Part shown: positions 17,893 through 27,525 of the stretch, in pieces
Layout: every line of letters begins with the position of its first letter
How positions within the stretch are numbered: position 1 is the stretch's first letter
UHGV virus genome: UHGV-0038856
Strand: one strand, 5' to 3'
Source of the DNA: a virus
DNA: 45,650 bases
Position numbers and translations under genes: made by a program
The notes under the pieces: generated by a model
Database searches by the model: none
What the model was told of the DNA's origin: nothing
Seen by the model: only the letters and a program-made list of their open reading frames with translations

Positions 17893-18650
17893 TGACAGCA
17901 ACTCTCAAAGGTAGTATTGACGATCAAAATACTGATATATATATATTATTTGATATTATTACAGTAGATGAGGTAGAAGTAACTTCAGAAGTTACAGATC
18001 ATGTTGTTGAAGATGGCTCTACACGACAAGAACATATAGTTCAGCCACCTATTAAAATTTCATTAGAAGGATTGTGTGCTGAAAAAACATTTCAAAGATA
18101 TTTGCCTGATAAAACAAGTAGATTGGCAAGTGCAGTTTCAAAGTTGAAACCAATTTCTTCGCTTATTCCTATTGTAAGTTCGTATGCTCAAACCGTTGTA
18201 GCAACGAGTGAATACATAGAAAATGCTTATAATAAATATAAAACAGGATATCAAAATTTAAAGGCATGGCTTAATGGCGAAAAAATTACATCTCCATATT
18301 TTAATAGACAGTTATCTGTGTACAAAATATTAAATCAATTACGAAATAGTAATACACTTGTTGCTGTAAAGGATACTCCTTATGGCAAATTTGACAATAT
18401 GCTAATAACATCAGTTAATATGAAGCAAGAAGAAACTACTGATGTGTCAAGATTGGTAGTACAATTAAAACAGTATAATTCAGTTTCTACTGAACTGACT
18501 AAGATTGACTCAAAGAAATATGCTACAAGATGTGCTTTGCAACAAGCAGCAACTGAAGATTTAGGTAATATGCAAGGAAAACGAATGAGTATATTACGTT
18601 CTGCTGTATCTCCTAATATTGTTCCGTATTTTACAGGATTAGATCAATGA
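17892..18650 (+). CDS. Baseplate/Dit-like tail tube initiator
   Basis: SEVTDHVVEDGS...H...P and TPYG.FDNMLI motifs. Confidence 0.75.
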   Translation: MTATLKGSIDDQNTDIYILFDIITVDEVEVTSEVTDHVVEDGSTRQEHIVQPPIKISLEGLCAEKTFQRYLPDKTSRLASAVSKLKPISSLIPIVSSYAQTVVATSEYIENAYNKYKTGYQNLKAWLNGEKITSPYFNRQLSVYKILNQLRNSNTLVAVKDTPYGKFDNMLITSVNMKQEETTDVSRLVVQLKQYNSVSTELTKIDSKKYATRCALQQAATEDLGNMQGKRMSILRSAVSPNIVPYFTGLDQ

Positions 18651-18991
18651 AGCAATTAACAGAATTTACAAACAATCCATATCAAACAGGTCGAATACCT
18701 TTATCTAATATATCAGGAACTGCATCAATAAATTTATATTGGGCACCAACTCAGAGTAGATGGTATTTTGACATACAATATGATAATATAATTTGTAAGG
18801 GTATAATGTTATGTTTAGGGCCAAATATCTTACGATTCTTAAAAAATAGAATACCATTTGGTTTGATGGTTGTTGCAGATGATCTGATAGAGCCCTATCA
18901 ATTGGAAGATTTACAAACGCAACGTGTAAAAATCTTCATATTAGATAAAGATGAAGTATCGCAATTTGAGAGTGTAGTTTATAATGAATAA
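18647..18991 (+). CDS. Baseplate plug-like protein
   Basis: Position; W.FDI and PNILR...N.IPFG motifs. Confidence 0.6.
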   Translation: MKQLTEFTNNPYQTGRIPLSNISGTASINLYWAPTQSRWYFDIQYDNIICKGIMLCLGPNILRFLKNRIPFGLMVVADDLIEPYQLEDLQTQRVKIFILDKDEVSQFESVVYNE

Positions 18992-20366
18992 GACACAAAG
19001 AAACTATAAACTTGTATATACTATCCCTCCTGAAAAAGAAGGAGATCAGCCTACAGAAATTATTTGTAGGTATCCTTTGACGTTGGAATTGGATATCAAT
19101 CGAAACACGTTAGGCCAATCAAGTACAGCTACATTTACTTTAATGAATTTAGCTAAAAGTACCAGAGAAAAGGTATTTCAAGATGCTTATAATATTAATA
19201 GATATTGTTTTGTTGATTTGTATGCAGGTTATAACGAAAATATGCCTTTAATTTTTACAGGCAAGGTAATGTCAGCATATAGTGGAAGACGTGGCAATAC
19301 AGAGGTTACTACAGAAATTCAAGCTCTTGACAATGATATCGTACAAAGTTATTCTATGCATACTTTTGAAGCTGAAACGCCTAAAAAAGATATATTAAGT
19401 ACGTTAGTAGAAGATATGCCCAACGTAGAAATGGGAGCTGTAGGTAGTTTGGAAGGTAATACAAACGTGCCAATGGTTATTGACGACCCTACTTTTGTAG
19501 CTATTAATAAATTAACAGGTAATCATGCTTTTATAGATTTAAATAAATTACATGTTTTGCAAGATAATGAATGTTTGGGTGACTATGGAATCTATAAAAT
19601 AACGAGTTCTACTGGCATGTTAGGCACTCCACGAAGACAAGATGCAATGCTAGAATTAGATTTAATATTTGCACCAGAAATACAAGTTGGTCAATTAGTA
19701 GAGATCGATTCATCTATCTCTACTGAGTTTAACGGTCAATATAAAGTTGCAGGCATTCATCATCATGGCATTATTAGTGGACAAGTTAGTGGTGAATTGA
19801 TTACAACGTTAACATTGTTTGTTGGAGCTTTCTTACCTAATTCTAATTACATTTTTTCAGGTGTACCTACTGCTCAGAATATTAGTGTGGTTAAAAATAA
19901 CAAAGTAGTACCATTAGATAATGCAACACTTAATTCAATTAGACAAGTACGACAATATTTAATAATTAATAAACGTCCACCTCACACTAAAGTAACTCAT
20001 TCTCTCTATTGGGATGATGTACTTTATAAATATTCTTCTCAAGGTTCTATACCGAGTTTAGACGTATTGTCTAATTTGTATCAAGTATCAAATCGGTTAC
20101 AATCGTTTGTCGACAGATTTTATCCAAAGAATAAAATAAAGATCACAAGTGGGTGGCGTTCAGCAAGTTATAATAGAAGTATTGGAGGAGCTTCAAAATC
20201 TGCTCATATTACAGGGCGAGCTCTTGACTTTTATATACCTGGTCAAATTTTAGCTTATGTATATAGAAATTTATCTAAATATTGGGGATATAGAAGATAT
20301 TTGGGTAACGGATTTATTCATGTAGATTTAGCAGTAGAATATGGAAGAATAGCAAATGACAGATAA
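18984..20366 (+). CDS. Baseplate hub protein fused to a C-terminal peptidase M15-type domain
   Basis: N-terminal L.AGY, IF.G, TGMLGTP and NGQYKV hub motifs; C-terminal ITSGWR...N..IGGA..SAH..G.A.D...FIHVD. Confidence 0.85.
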   Translation: MNKTQRNYKLVYTIPPEKEGDQPTEIICRYPLTLELDINRNTLGQSSTATFTLMNLAKSTREKVFQDAYNINRYCFVDLYAGYNENMPLIFTGKVMSAYSGRRGNTEVTTEIQALDNDIVQSYSMHTFEAETPKKDILSTLVEDMPNVEMGAVGSLEGNTNVPMVIDDPTFVAINKLTGNHAFIDLNKLHVLQDNECLGDYGIYKITSSTGMLGTPRRQDAMLELDLIFAPEIQVGQLVEIDSSISTEFNGQYKVAGIHHHGIISGQVSGELITTLTLFVGAFLPNSNYIFSGVPTAQNISVVKNNKVVPLDNATLNSIRQVRQYLIINKRPPHTKVTHSLYWDDVLYKYSSQGSIPSLDVLSNLYQVSNRLQSFVDRFYPKNKIKITSGWRSASYNRSIGGASKSAHITGRALDFYIPGQILAYVYRNLSKYWGYRRYLGNGFIHVDLAVEYGRIANDR

Positions 20367-20964
20367 TTTTAATGATAAAGCAGGAGAAGTTAATCTTTTA
20401 AGAGTAATACGTGCATTTCAAGATGAAACATTCGCAAAGACTAATTGTATGCGTATTGGTATTATTAAAGAGGTTATCTCTACTGATATTGTTAAATGTT
20501 TAATTACTAATAAGAAATTAATGGGTACTAATAATGACGGTTCGTCTATATGGAGAAATTATCCACCAATCTTTGCACGTATTTTTTATTTAGGTAGTGG
20601 AGGTAACGGTTCAGCATTTCCATTAACTACTGATAGTCCATGTTTACTATTGTTTAATGATAGAGAGTTTGATAGTTTCTTTAAAACAGGACAAATAAGT
20701 GCTTTGAATGATACTAGAATGCATTCATTAACAGATGCTGTTTGTATTCCATTATTTCGTCCAAAACAAGTAACTACATATGATATAGTAGGTGATAATA
20801 TAGATATTATAGCTAACAATACTTTAAATTTCGGTGCCAAAACAATTAATTTAACTGGTGAACAAATTAATATCAATGGTACGCTAATAATTAATGGCAC
20901 ACCATTTTCATCACATAAGCATTCTAATGGTAATGAAGGTAAAGATACTGGTGGTGTTGTTTAG
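20356..20964 (+). CDS. Baseplate spike (Gp138/gpV-like)
   Basis: CLLLFNDR, R.HSL.DA, beta-helix repeats and an HxH apex motif (SHKH). Confidence 0.85.
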   Translation: MTDNFNDKAGEVNLLRVIRAFQDETFAKTNCMRIGIIKEVISTDIVKCLITNKKLMGTNNDGSSIWRNYPPIFARIFYLGSGGNGSAFPLTTDSPCLLLFNDREFDSFFKTGQISALNDTRMHSLTDAVCIPLFRPKQVTTYDIVGDNIDIIANNTLNFGAKTINLTGEQININGTLIINGTPFSSHKHSNGNEGKDTGGVV

Positions 20965-20979
20965 AGTATAATATAAGTT

Positions 20980-21351
20980 ATGAAGATACGTAGAAATGAT
21001 AAAGATGGTGATTGGACTTTTGGTCACTCTTTAGTTGATTATTATGTTAATAATAGTGGTGGAGTTGGTCAAAAAATTAAAACTCGTATTCTAGAATGGG
21101 TTGATGATTGTTTTTTTAATAGACAAGCTGGAATTGATTATCGTATTAGAATGGGTCAAAGAGGACAACGTGCTGCTTTGGATGAGGATATCCGTAATAT
21201 TATTATTAACACAGAAGAAGTTATTTCACTAGAAAGATATGAAAGTACTATTTATGATCGTGATTTAAGAGTAGAATTTCTAGTTTATCATATTTATAGT
21301 CAATTACCGTATGCAGGATCTGTAATTATAGAAGGAGTACAATATGGCTAG
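20980..21351 (+). CDS. Baseplate wedge protein (gp25/gpW-like)
   Basis: R..D.DGDWTFG...Q.IKTR...F....GIDY pattern. Confidence 0.75.
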   Translation: MKIRRNDKDGDWTFGHSLVDYYVNNSGGVGQKIKTRILEWVDDCFFNRQAGIDYRIRMGQRGQRAALDEDIRNIIINTEEVISLERYESTIYDRDLRVEFLVYHIYSQLPYAGSVIIEGVQYG

Positions 21352-22558
21352 TGACAAATTGGATGAGAATGGCTTATCATTAATGTCATATAATGAAATA
21401 AAAGCTGAAAGAGAAGCTGAATATAAAAGAATTTATGGTGATGATATTGATTTGGGTAGTCATACTGCTGATGGTCAATTAGTTAATATTAGATGTCAGC
21501 AAGAAGCTGACTTGCGTGAAGTAATTAGAGATGTTTATAATTCTTGTAATCCTGATTTTTGTCGTGGAATAGTTCAGGATGTGCGTTTTAAAATTAATAA
21601 TATAGCACGTAAAGGTGGTACATTTACGATTGTACCTATTACGTTAAAAGTATCTTCTACTGTTTCTTTACAAGGGTTAGATGCTGATTATAATGATGTT
21701 AATGCAAGTGCTTATGGTGGTACAGATGATAGTGGTAATAAATATTTCTTAATTGACTCAGTATCGCTAACTCCAGGTACGCACACAGTGCCTTTTAGGG
21801 CTCAAAATATTGGTAATGTACAGCCAATTATTGGAACGATCGTTAATCCAATTCAAATTATTGTTGGAGTTGATAGTATGATTAATAATTCTGCACCTAC
21901 ATCTGTTGGTATCAATCAAGAAACTGATGAAGCATTTGCGTTACGTAGAGAACGTTCGACCGAAACTAGATCTCAAAACAATATAGACGGAATGAAGGCA
22001 CAGTTGTTAAATCTTGATGGGGTTACTGATGCTTATGTATATTCTCACGATTATCAAAACTATCCCGATTCAGTAGACGAAGATGGTATTCCTATAGGTT
22101 ATATTTGGCCAATAGTCGAAGGTGGCTCTAATACTGACATTTCAGTAGTGTTGTATGCAAATTGTGGTGCTGCAGGTTTGAAAGGTGAAGTAGAAGTTGA
22201 CACTGTAACTGCAAGCGGTTCAGTATTTCATACAAAATTTGATAGAAGTGAAGCTCATCCTTTGTATATTAGATTTGATTTGCAAGAAACAGTAAAGCAT
22301 ACGAACTTCGATTTCGATGGTATTAAACAATATATTGCAGAAAATCTTATATATAAAATCTATGAATACGCAGAAACTTCTAAGCCTACTGAAGTTGCTC
22401 GATTAGCAATAGAAGCAAATGGAGGAAGTGGAGTTCCTGCAAATTTAGAGATTTCTACAGATGGTGAAGTTTGGAAAGATTTTATTCAACCAGTATCTAA
22501 AAAGGCTATTTTTACAATAGATACGTCACGAATACAAATAACGGAGATTGATTTATAA
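21344..22558 (+). CDS. Baseplate J-like protein
   Basis: IYG.DI....ADGQ, G..ETD....RR, L..LDGV.DA and VEGG motifs. Confidence 0.88.
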   Translation: MASDKLDENGLSLMSYNEIKAEREAEYKRIYGDDIDLGSHTADGQLVNIRCQQEADLREVIRDVYNSCNPDFCRGIVQDVRFKINNIARKGGTFTIVPITLKVSSTVSLQGLDADYNDVNASAYGGTDDSGNKYFLIDSVSLTPGTHTVPFRAQNIGNVQPIIGTIVNPIQIIVGVDSMINNSAPTSVGINQETDEAFALRRERSTETRSQNNIDGMKAQLLNLDGVTDAYVYSHDYQNYPDSVDEDGIPIGYIWPIVEGGSNTDISVVLYANCGAAGLKGEVEVDTVTASGSVFHTKFDRSEAHPLYIRFDLQETVKHTNFDFDGIKQYIAENLIYKIYEYAETSKPTEVARLAIEANGGSGVPANLEISTDGEVWKDFIQPVSKKAIFTIDTSRIQITEIDL

Positions 22559-23205
22559 TGTTAATCGAAACTAACTATGATGATGCAAAAAAACAAGTAA
22601 TTAAGGCATATCAAGATTTATTAATTGTACAATATTACAATAAGAACAAAGCTCGTGCTCATATTGCTGCTGATAGTGAATTGCTGTGGGCTAATTTGAT
22701 TTTGTTACAAATTCGTGATTTATGTTTGAATGTCGATCAGTCTGTTGGCTTGCAATTAGATCAGGTTGGCAAGTGGGTTGGTGTAGATAGATGGATTAGT
22801 TATAGTAGGTATGAGGGTGAAAAATGGTATTCGTATATAAATTGGAGTAATTCTCCTAATGATTTACAAGGTGGATTGCAAGATTGGAGTAATAAATCAT
22901 CTTCTATTGATGCTCCATTTTTAAGTTATGAAGATATTGTTTCGTCTAAAAGAAGGTTAAGCGATAATATTTTTAGAGAATTAATCAAAATAAAAATTAT
23001 CAAAAATTCAATTAATCATAGCCCTAAATACATCGATGATGCTTTATGGCAGTTATATGGTAAGTTGATTTATATAGAATGGGGACAATGTTTAGAGATG
23101 ACATATTGTTACGATTCAACAAAAGCAGGTATAATAGATTTAGCACTAGAGAAAAAGATATTACCATGTCCTACTGGTGTTAATTTAAAAACAAGGGAGT
23201 TATAG
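22558..23205 (+). CDS. Baseplate wedge protein (DUF2612-like)
   Basis: LLIVQY..K.KA, G.QLD.VGKWVGV.R and LP.PTGV motifs. Confidence 0.82.
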   Translation: MLIETNYDDAKKQVIKAYQDLLIVQYYNKNKARAHIAADSELLWANLILLQIRDLCLNVDQSVGLQLDQVGKWVGVDRWISYSRYEGEKWYSYINWSNSPNDLQGGLQDWSNKSSSIDAPFLSYEDIVSSKRRLSDNIFRELIKIKIIKNSINHSPKYIDDALWQLYGKLIYIEWGQCLEMTYCYDSTKAGIIDLALEKKILPCPTGVNLKTREL

Positions 23206-23208
23206 AGA

Positions 23209-25077
23209 ATGGCTAAATTACCTCGTATTACGAATAAGTTATATGGCAGTGATATAGCTCTTGCTGATATTGGTCAGTTTGGTTCTGCAGCAAGTGGTGA
23301 TTATCTAAATACTAAAGATATAAAAGAAATTCAAGCTTTAGAGGCGTGGAAAAAAGGTTGGAATAAAGCAACAATGTCTAATAATGGCTATCCAACTCGT
23401 CAAGAACGTAATGGATTGGATTATAGTCTTTCGTATCAAATTGATTATTTATTGCGTGAAGGTTGGCCTGAATATGATGCCGAGACTGAATACAATAAAG
23501 GTTCTATAGTTAAAGTTCGTGAAGATGATAAAGTAGCTGCTTATGAATCTTTAATTGATAATAATATTGGAATTCCTGTAACTAATACTGTTTCGTGGAA
23601 AAAGGTTAATTTAGGTGGTGGCTCAGCTAAAATAGGTGACATAGGGTTTGCACCATACGTAGATGAAACAACCAATGAACGCAGACGTTTAAACGGGCAA
23701 GTATTAATCAAAGACCAATACCCTGCGTTTGTAACTTGGTTGACAAATTTACAAGCTACTACACCGTCTTTATTTACTACAGAAGATGAATGGCAAGCTA
23801 TAAAGACTGCTAGTAAACTAGGACAATGTGGTAAGTTCGTTATAGGCAATACAACTGTTAGATTACCACAAGTTGTTAATATCAATGGGTTAGTTGATAT
23901 GAGTAATGCAGGATTGATTAAAGATGAGAGTTTACCTGACCCAAATTCAAAGCTATATTCTGTATGGGGTGGTGGTACTGGTACTAGTGGTAATCAATCA
24001 ATTATTGCTCAAAACTATTCAGGTTCAATACAATCAACACCCGCAACAGGACATACATATATTAAAGTTGATAATCCCACTTACCATGACAACGCACCTG
24101 TTCAACAAGAGGCTATACAATACCCATACTACATCACAGTAAACACAGGCTCAGAAACTACAGAGCCTACAATCAATGATTATACCGTAATTACTTCGAA
24201 CCAATATGGTATGAGCCAATACTATAAAGGTACTATGAATAGTGGTGCATGGTTGCGTAGTAATGGACAATGGAATAATAAGTCTGTATATGAAGGGTTA
24301 TACAATTGGGCTTTAGCACAATTAAACGCAGGAGTTGAAGGTTTCAAGAGCTTTACTGCAAGTGATATAACTGATTATGACTTTGTTATAAACCAAACTA
24401 AAGAAACATTCAGGTTGCCATTAAAAAATGGTATGGAAGGTGTGTTTGCTAGTAGGGCTAAGGGTGATGGAACTACTATTGGTTTAACTGATGGTTCTGA
24501 TACTGGTGGTCTTGCTAGTTATACTAATGGTTTGTTATCTGGTCAAGGTCCGAATTATTCAGACCCAGTTGGCACTTCATATAAAAATGGTACAAAATTT
24601 TTAAGTAAAACCGTAGGTCTTACCACCGACTCAACCAAATCAGGTATAGTCGTAGACTTAACCGTACTATCAGGTTATAACCTATACTACTACTGTGGAA
24701 ATGTAGAAGAAAACCCTCAACTTGTAAACGTAGCTAGGATTGAGGAGGCGTTGGTTGATAAAGTAGATGTAGCCAATACCCAATGGGCTACAAATGCTTG
24801 CACCCCTGATTATACTGCTGGGATAGCTTTAACCTCTGCCACATTACAAGGTTTTGTTGCTCCTAGTGATGGGGTAATAACTGGAGCAATAAATTGGGAG
24901 TCTAGCACCAAATACCTAAAAGTAAATGGGTACGATGTATTAGGTGGATATACTGAAACTTCATCAGTATACATTAGATTAGCTAAAGGGGATAAATTAA
25001 GTTATGACTCAGGTGTAGTTGAGGCAAGTATTACTAGACTTCATTTCTATCCATTGAAAGGAGCAAACAATGTTTAA
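23209..25077 (+). CDS. Tail fibre protein
   Basis: Conserved N-terminal anchor (QFGS, GW, EYDA.TEY.KGS), two collar-like RLP segments and a variable C-terminal domain. Confidence 0.85.
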   Translation: MAKLPRITNKLYGSDIALADIGQFGSAASGDYLNTKDIKEIQALEAWKKGWNKATMSNNGYPTRQERNGLDYSLSYQIDYLLREGWPEYDAETEYNKGSIVKVREDDKVAAYESLIDNNIGIPVTNTVSWKKVNLGGGSAKIGDIGFAPYVDETTNERRRLNGQVLIKDQYPAFVTWLTNLQATTPSLFTTEDEWQAIKTASKLGQCGKFVIGNTTVRLPQVVNINGLVDMSNAGLIKDESLPDPNSKLYSVWGGGTGTSGNQSIIAQNYSGSIQSTPATGHTYIKVDNPTYHDNAPVQQEAIQYPYYITVNTGSETTEPTINDYTVITSNQYGMSQYYKGTMNSGAWLRSNGQWNNKSVYEGLYNWALAQLNAGVEGFKSFTASDITDYDFVINQTKETFRLPLKNGMEGVFASRAKGDGTTIGLTDGSDTGGLASYTNGLLSGQGPNYSDPVGTSYKNGTKFLSKTVGLTTDSTKSGIVVDLTVLSGYNLYYYCGNVEENPQLVNVARIEEALVDKVDVANTQWATNACTPDYTAGIALTSATLQGFVAPSDGVITGAINWESSTKYLKVNGYDVLGGYTETSSVYIRLAKGDKLSYDSGVVEASITRLHFYPLKGANNV

Positions 25078-25720
25078 ATACGCAAAGGTTATTAATAAAG
25101 AAACTGGACTTTGTAATGTTGGAGTTGGTACTAATGTAGCGTTTTATAAATCAATAGACATGGTTGAGTTAGATGTTCAACAATCAGACATTGATGGGGC
25201 TTGGTATCTAAGTGATAAATGTCCTATGAAAACTGATGAGCAAAAAGCAAAGGAAGAGCGTGAATGTATAGCTTTACTAAATATGACTGGTGCAGACGTT
25301 GAACGTGCTATATACAAAGTCAAAGGTATCGACTTTGACGATATACTAGCAATGGTAAAAGACAACCCTGCAATAGATGAGAAGGTTTTAAAGATTGAGT
25401 TCAAAGCTAATAATTTCTTTAGGGGCAACCCTTATATATCACAAGTTGGTTTATTGTTAGGGTTTACAGAAGGTATGTTGGATAAGTTTTTTGATACGAA
25501 AGATTATCAATATTTAACAAAGAAAACTTTAACTATTAACAGTACTCCTAGTAATAGTGTAGTTACTATAAATGGTGAAGTGACCAATAAGGTAGAAGTA
25601 CCTTATGGTACAGAACTTGAATATTCAGTTGAGTTAGAAGGTTATACAAGCTACTATGGTTCAATTAATTTAATTGAAGATAAAATTATTGATGTTGAGT
25701 TAAAAAGAGGTGAAAAATGA
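25070..25720 (+). CDS. Tail fibre assembly/chaperone-like protein with C-terminal PEGA/Ig-like domain
   Basis: Follows the fibre gene; C-terminal LTINSTPSN..VTING...Y.V..EGY pattern. Confidence 0.6.
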   Translation: MFKYAKVINKETGLCNVGVGTNVAFYKSIDMVELDVQQSDIDGAWYLSDKCPMKTDEQKAKEERECIALLNMTGADVERAIYKVKGIDFDDILAMVKDNPAIDEKVLKIEFKANNFFRGNPYISQVGLLLGFTEGMLDKFFDTKDYQYLTKKTLTINSTPSNSVVTINGEVTNKVEVPYGTELEYSVELEGYTSYYGSINLIEDKIIDVELKRGEK

Positions 25721-25947
25721 AGAAACTAACACTACTATTGATGATTCTGCTAATGAGTAATGTCGCATTTGCTAGTGAACAACCAAAACAAACAATAGAA
25801 AATCACAAAGGATTTGTTGGTATTAACTACGATAGACAAGATTCAGAACAAACAGGCATACAAAAAATCGTGAACGACCATTCTGCGTTCAATATTAACA
25901 TTCAAATTATTAAAAAAGGTGCATTGTTTTGTAAGGAAGAAAAGTGA
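25717..25947 (+). CDS. Small secreted protein (Sec signal peptide)
   Basis: MKKLTLLLMILLMSNVAFA-SE with an AxA cleavage site. Confidence 0.65.
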   Translation: MKKLTLLLMILLMSNVAFASEQPKQTIENHKGFVGINYDRQDSEQTGIQKIVNDHSAFNINIQIIKKGALFCKEEK

Positions 25948-26471
25948 TGAAATGGATTACTGATAATAGTCGTTTGGAAAAACTTTCAGAAGCTAATAAA
26001 TGGTTAATGGTAGATAATGAGCTGTTTCAAGATGAAGATGGAAGTATTTATCTAACACCACGTAATTATAAAACTGATAATTATACAATTCCTGATTGGG
26101 TTGCATGGTTAGGTGGTAATAAGTCGAAATGGGACGTTAGACCGTCGCATTTGCACGATTTTGGTTGTCAGTATCATCAGCTTATTAAAGTGAACATAAA
26201 TGAAAGTACTTTACGCAAATTGAGATATCTACGTGTACATAAAAATAAATTAGTTTGTGAAGATATCCCTACAAAATTTCTATCATTAATTCCTGTTACT
26301 AAATGGGAGATAGACTGCTTATTTAAACGAGCAATGAAAGCAACTAAAACAATACCAGCAAGAGTTTATAATTTATACAGAGGTGGTGTATTTTTTAATT
26401 TTGGATGGTTAGGTGTACACAATCCATTTGACTTGTCTAAGATTTACACAATAGAGCAAAATGCCAATTAA
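25944..26471 (+). CDS. DUF1353-like protein
   Basis: TD..TIP...HD motif with C-terminal D.LF..AM. Confidence 0.65.
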   Translation: MMKWITDNSRLEKLSEANKWLMVDNELFQDEDGSIYLTPRNYKTDNYTIPDWVAWLGGNKSKWDVRPSHLHDFGCQYHQLIKVNINESTLRKLRYLRVHKNKLVCEDIPTKFLSLIPVTKWEIDCLFKRAMKATKTIPARVYNLYRGGVFFNFGWLGVHNPFDLSKIYTIEQNAN

Positions 26472-26718
26472 TAGAAAAGAATTGATACAAAAGCTCAAGA
26501 AACTTTCTTATGAGCAATTTTATATATTATTAAACGAAGCAGAGTTAGAAGATGAAGAAAAATGGCTTTTAAGATATGCAATTCGTGAAGATAGAATGGT
26601 AATTAATACATGTTGTAAACTTCACATTTCCGAAACTAAGTATCATAAAACTCTTTCATTAGCTCTAGTGAAAGTATATTATACAATTAAATTTTTATAT
26701 AAAAACGGCCAGTTATAA
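26461..26718 (+). CDS. Putative HTH regulator (sigma region-4/LuxR-like)
   Basis: L..EEK.LL...KLHISETKYHK..AL.K pattern. Confidence 0.55.
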   Translation: MPINRKELIQKLKKLSYEQFYILLNEAELEDEEKWLLRYAIREDRMVINTCCKLHISETKYHKTLSLALVKVYYTIKFLYKNGQL

Positions 26719-26722
26719 TATA

Positions 26723-26761
26723 AATTTCCTTCTATTGTAATAATATAGGAGGAAGTTTTTT
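26723..26761 (+). promoter_or_regulatory. Hairpin sequestering the GGAGG RBS, followed by a U-tract
   Basis: aatttccttctat (26723-35) pairs with ataggaggaagtt (26745-57) using G-U pairs; T6 follows; TATAAT at 26714-19. Confidence 0.55.
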
Positions 26762-27196
26762 ATGGCAATGAATTTCGGAGCAGGGTATAATTATTATCAA
26801 CCTACATACAACGCTTTGCAGAATACTCAGCAAAGATTATCACAATTAGAAGCACAATACAATCAGCCAACTTTACAATCACCTTCGCAAGGAATACGAG
26901 CTTTATTAGTTACTAATAAAGAGGAGGCAACTGCGTGTCAAATTCCTCTTGATGGTACTCCTACAATTTTCTATAATAAAGCTCAAAATGAAATTTATAT
27001 AAAACAAATATCAATGCAAACAGGATTGCCTGAATTTCAACAATTTGTACTATCTTCTACTGCTACAACGAATAAAACAATAGAAGATAGTATATGTAAA
27101 AAAGACATTACAGCATTATCTACAAAAATTGATAGTTTATACGATCTTTTAACTAAAAAAGATAAAAATAAAAAAGGAGAAGATAATGCTAAATAA
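26762..27196 (+). CDS. Hypothetical Q/N-rich protein (cassette gene 1)
   Basis: Q/Y-rich N-terminus and a V...EEA....P.DG.P..F......IYIK motif. Confidence 0.75.
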   Translation: MAMNFGAGYNYYQPTYNALQNTQQRLSQLEAQYNQPTLQSPSQGIRALLVTNKEEATACQIPLDGTPTIFYNKAQNEIYIKQISMQTGLPEFQQFVLSSTATTNKTIEDSICKKDITALSTKIDSLYDLLTKKDKNKKGEDNAK

Positions 27197-27452
27197 AATT
27201 TTTCAAACATTAAAAATTCCACCTATTGTCGGCAATATGCTTGTAGCAAAATTGCCTCCACAAATGAAAAATCAATTATTAGATATGTGTAATACGGCTA
27301 GCAATAGTGGTAATCCAGTAGCATATCTACAACAACAATTTGGTGATAATAAGAACTTTCAAAGAGCAATGAATGCTGTTAGTGGTAAAACACCAGAACA
27401 ATTACAAATGTTTTTAAACAATTACATTCAAACAGCATTCACTCAAATGTAA
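27186..27452 (+). CDS. Hypothetical Q/N/M-rich helical protein (cassette gene 2)
   Basis: GNP...LQQ...N..FQ.AM..V.GK.PEQL pattern; AAGGAG RBS. Confidence 0.75.
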   Translation: MLNKIFQTLKIPPIVGNMLVAKLPPQMKNQLLDMCNTASNSGNPVAYLQQQFGDNKNFQRAMNAVSGKTPEQLQMFLNNYIQTAFTQM

Positions 27453-27525
27453 TTCTGCTTTTAAGCATGACGTTCCACTTTTGGTGTTGATAAGTAATAC
27501 TAAGTTAAAAGAAAGAGGTAACACT

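Noticed and set aside
23209..25077. Diversity-generating retroelement or invertible fibre tip
   Set aside because: No reverse transcriptase or invertase, and no second copy of the fibre C-terminus seen.
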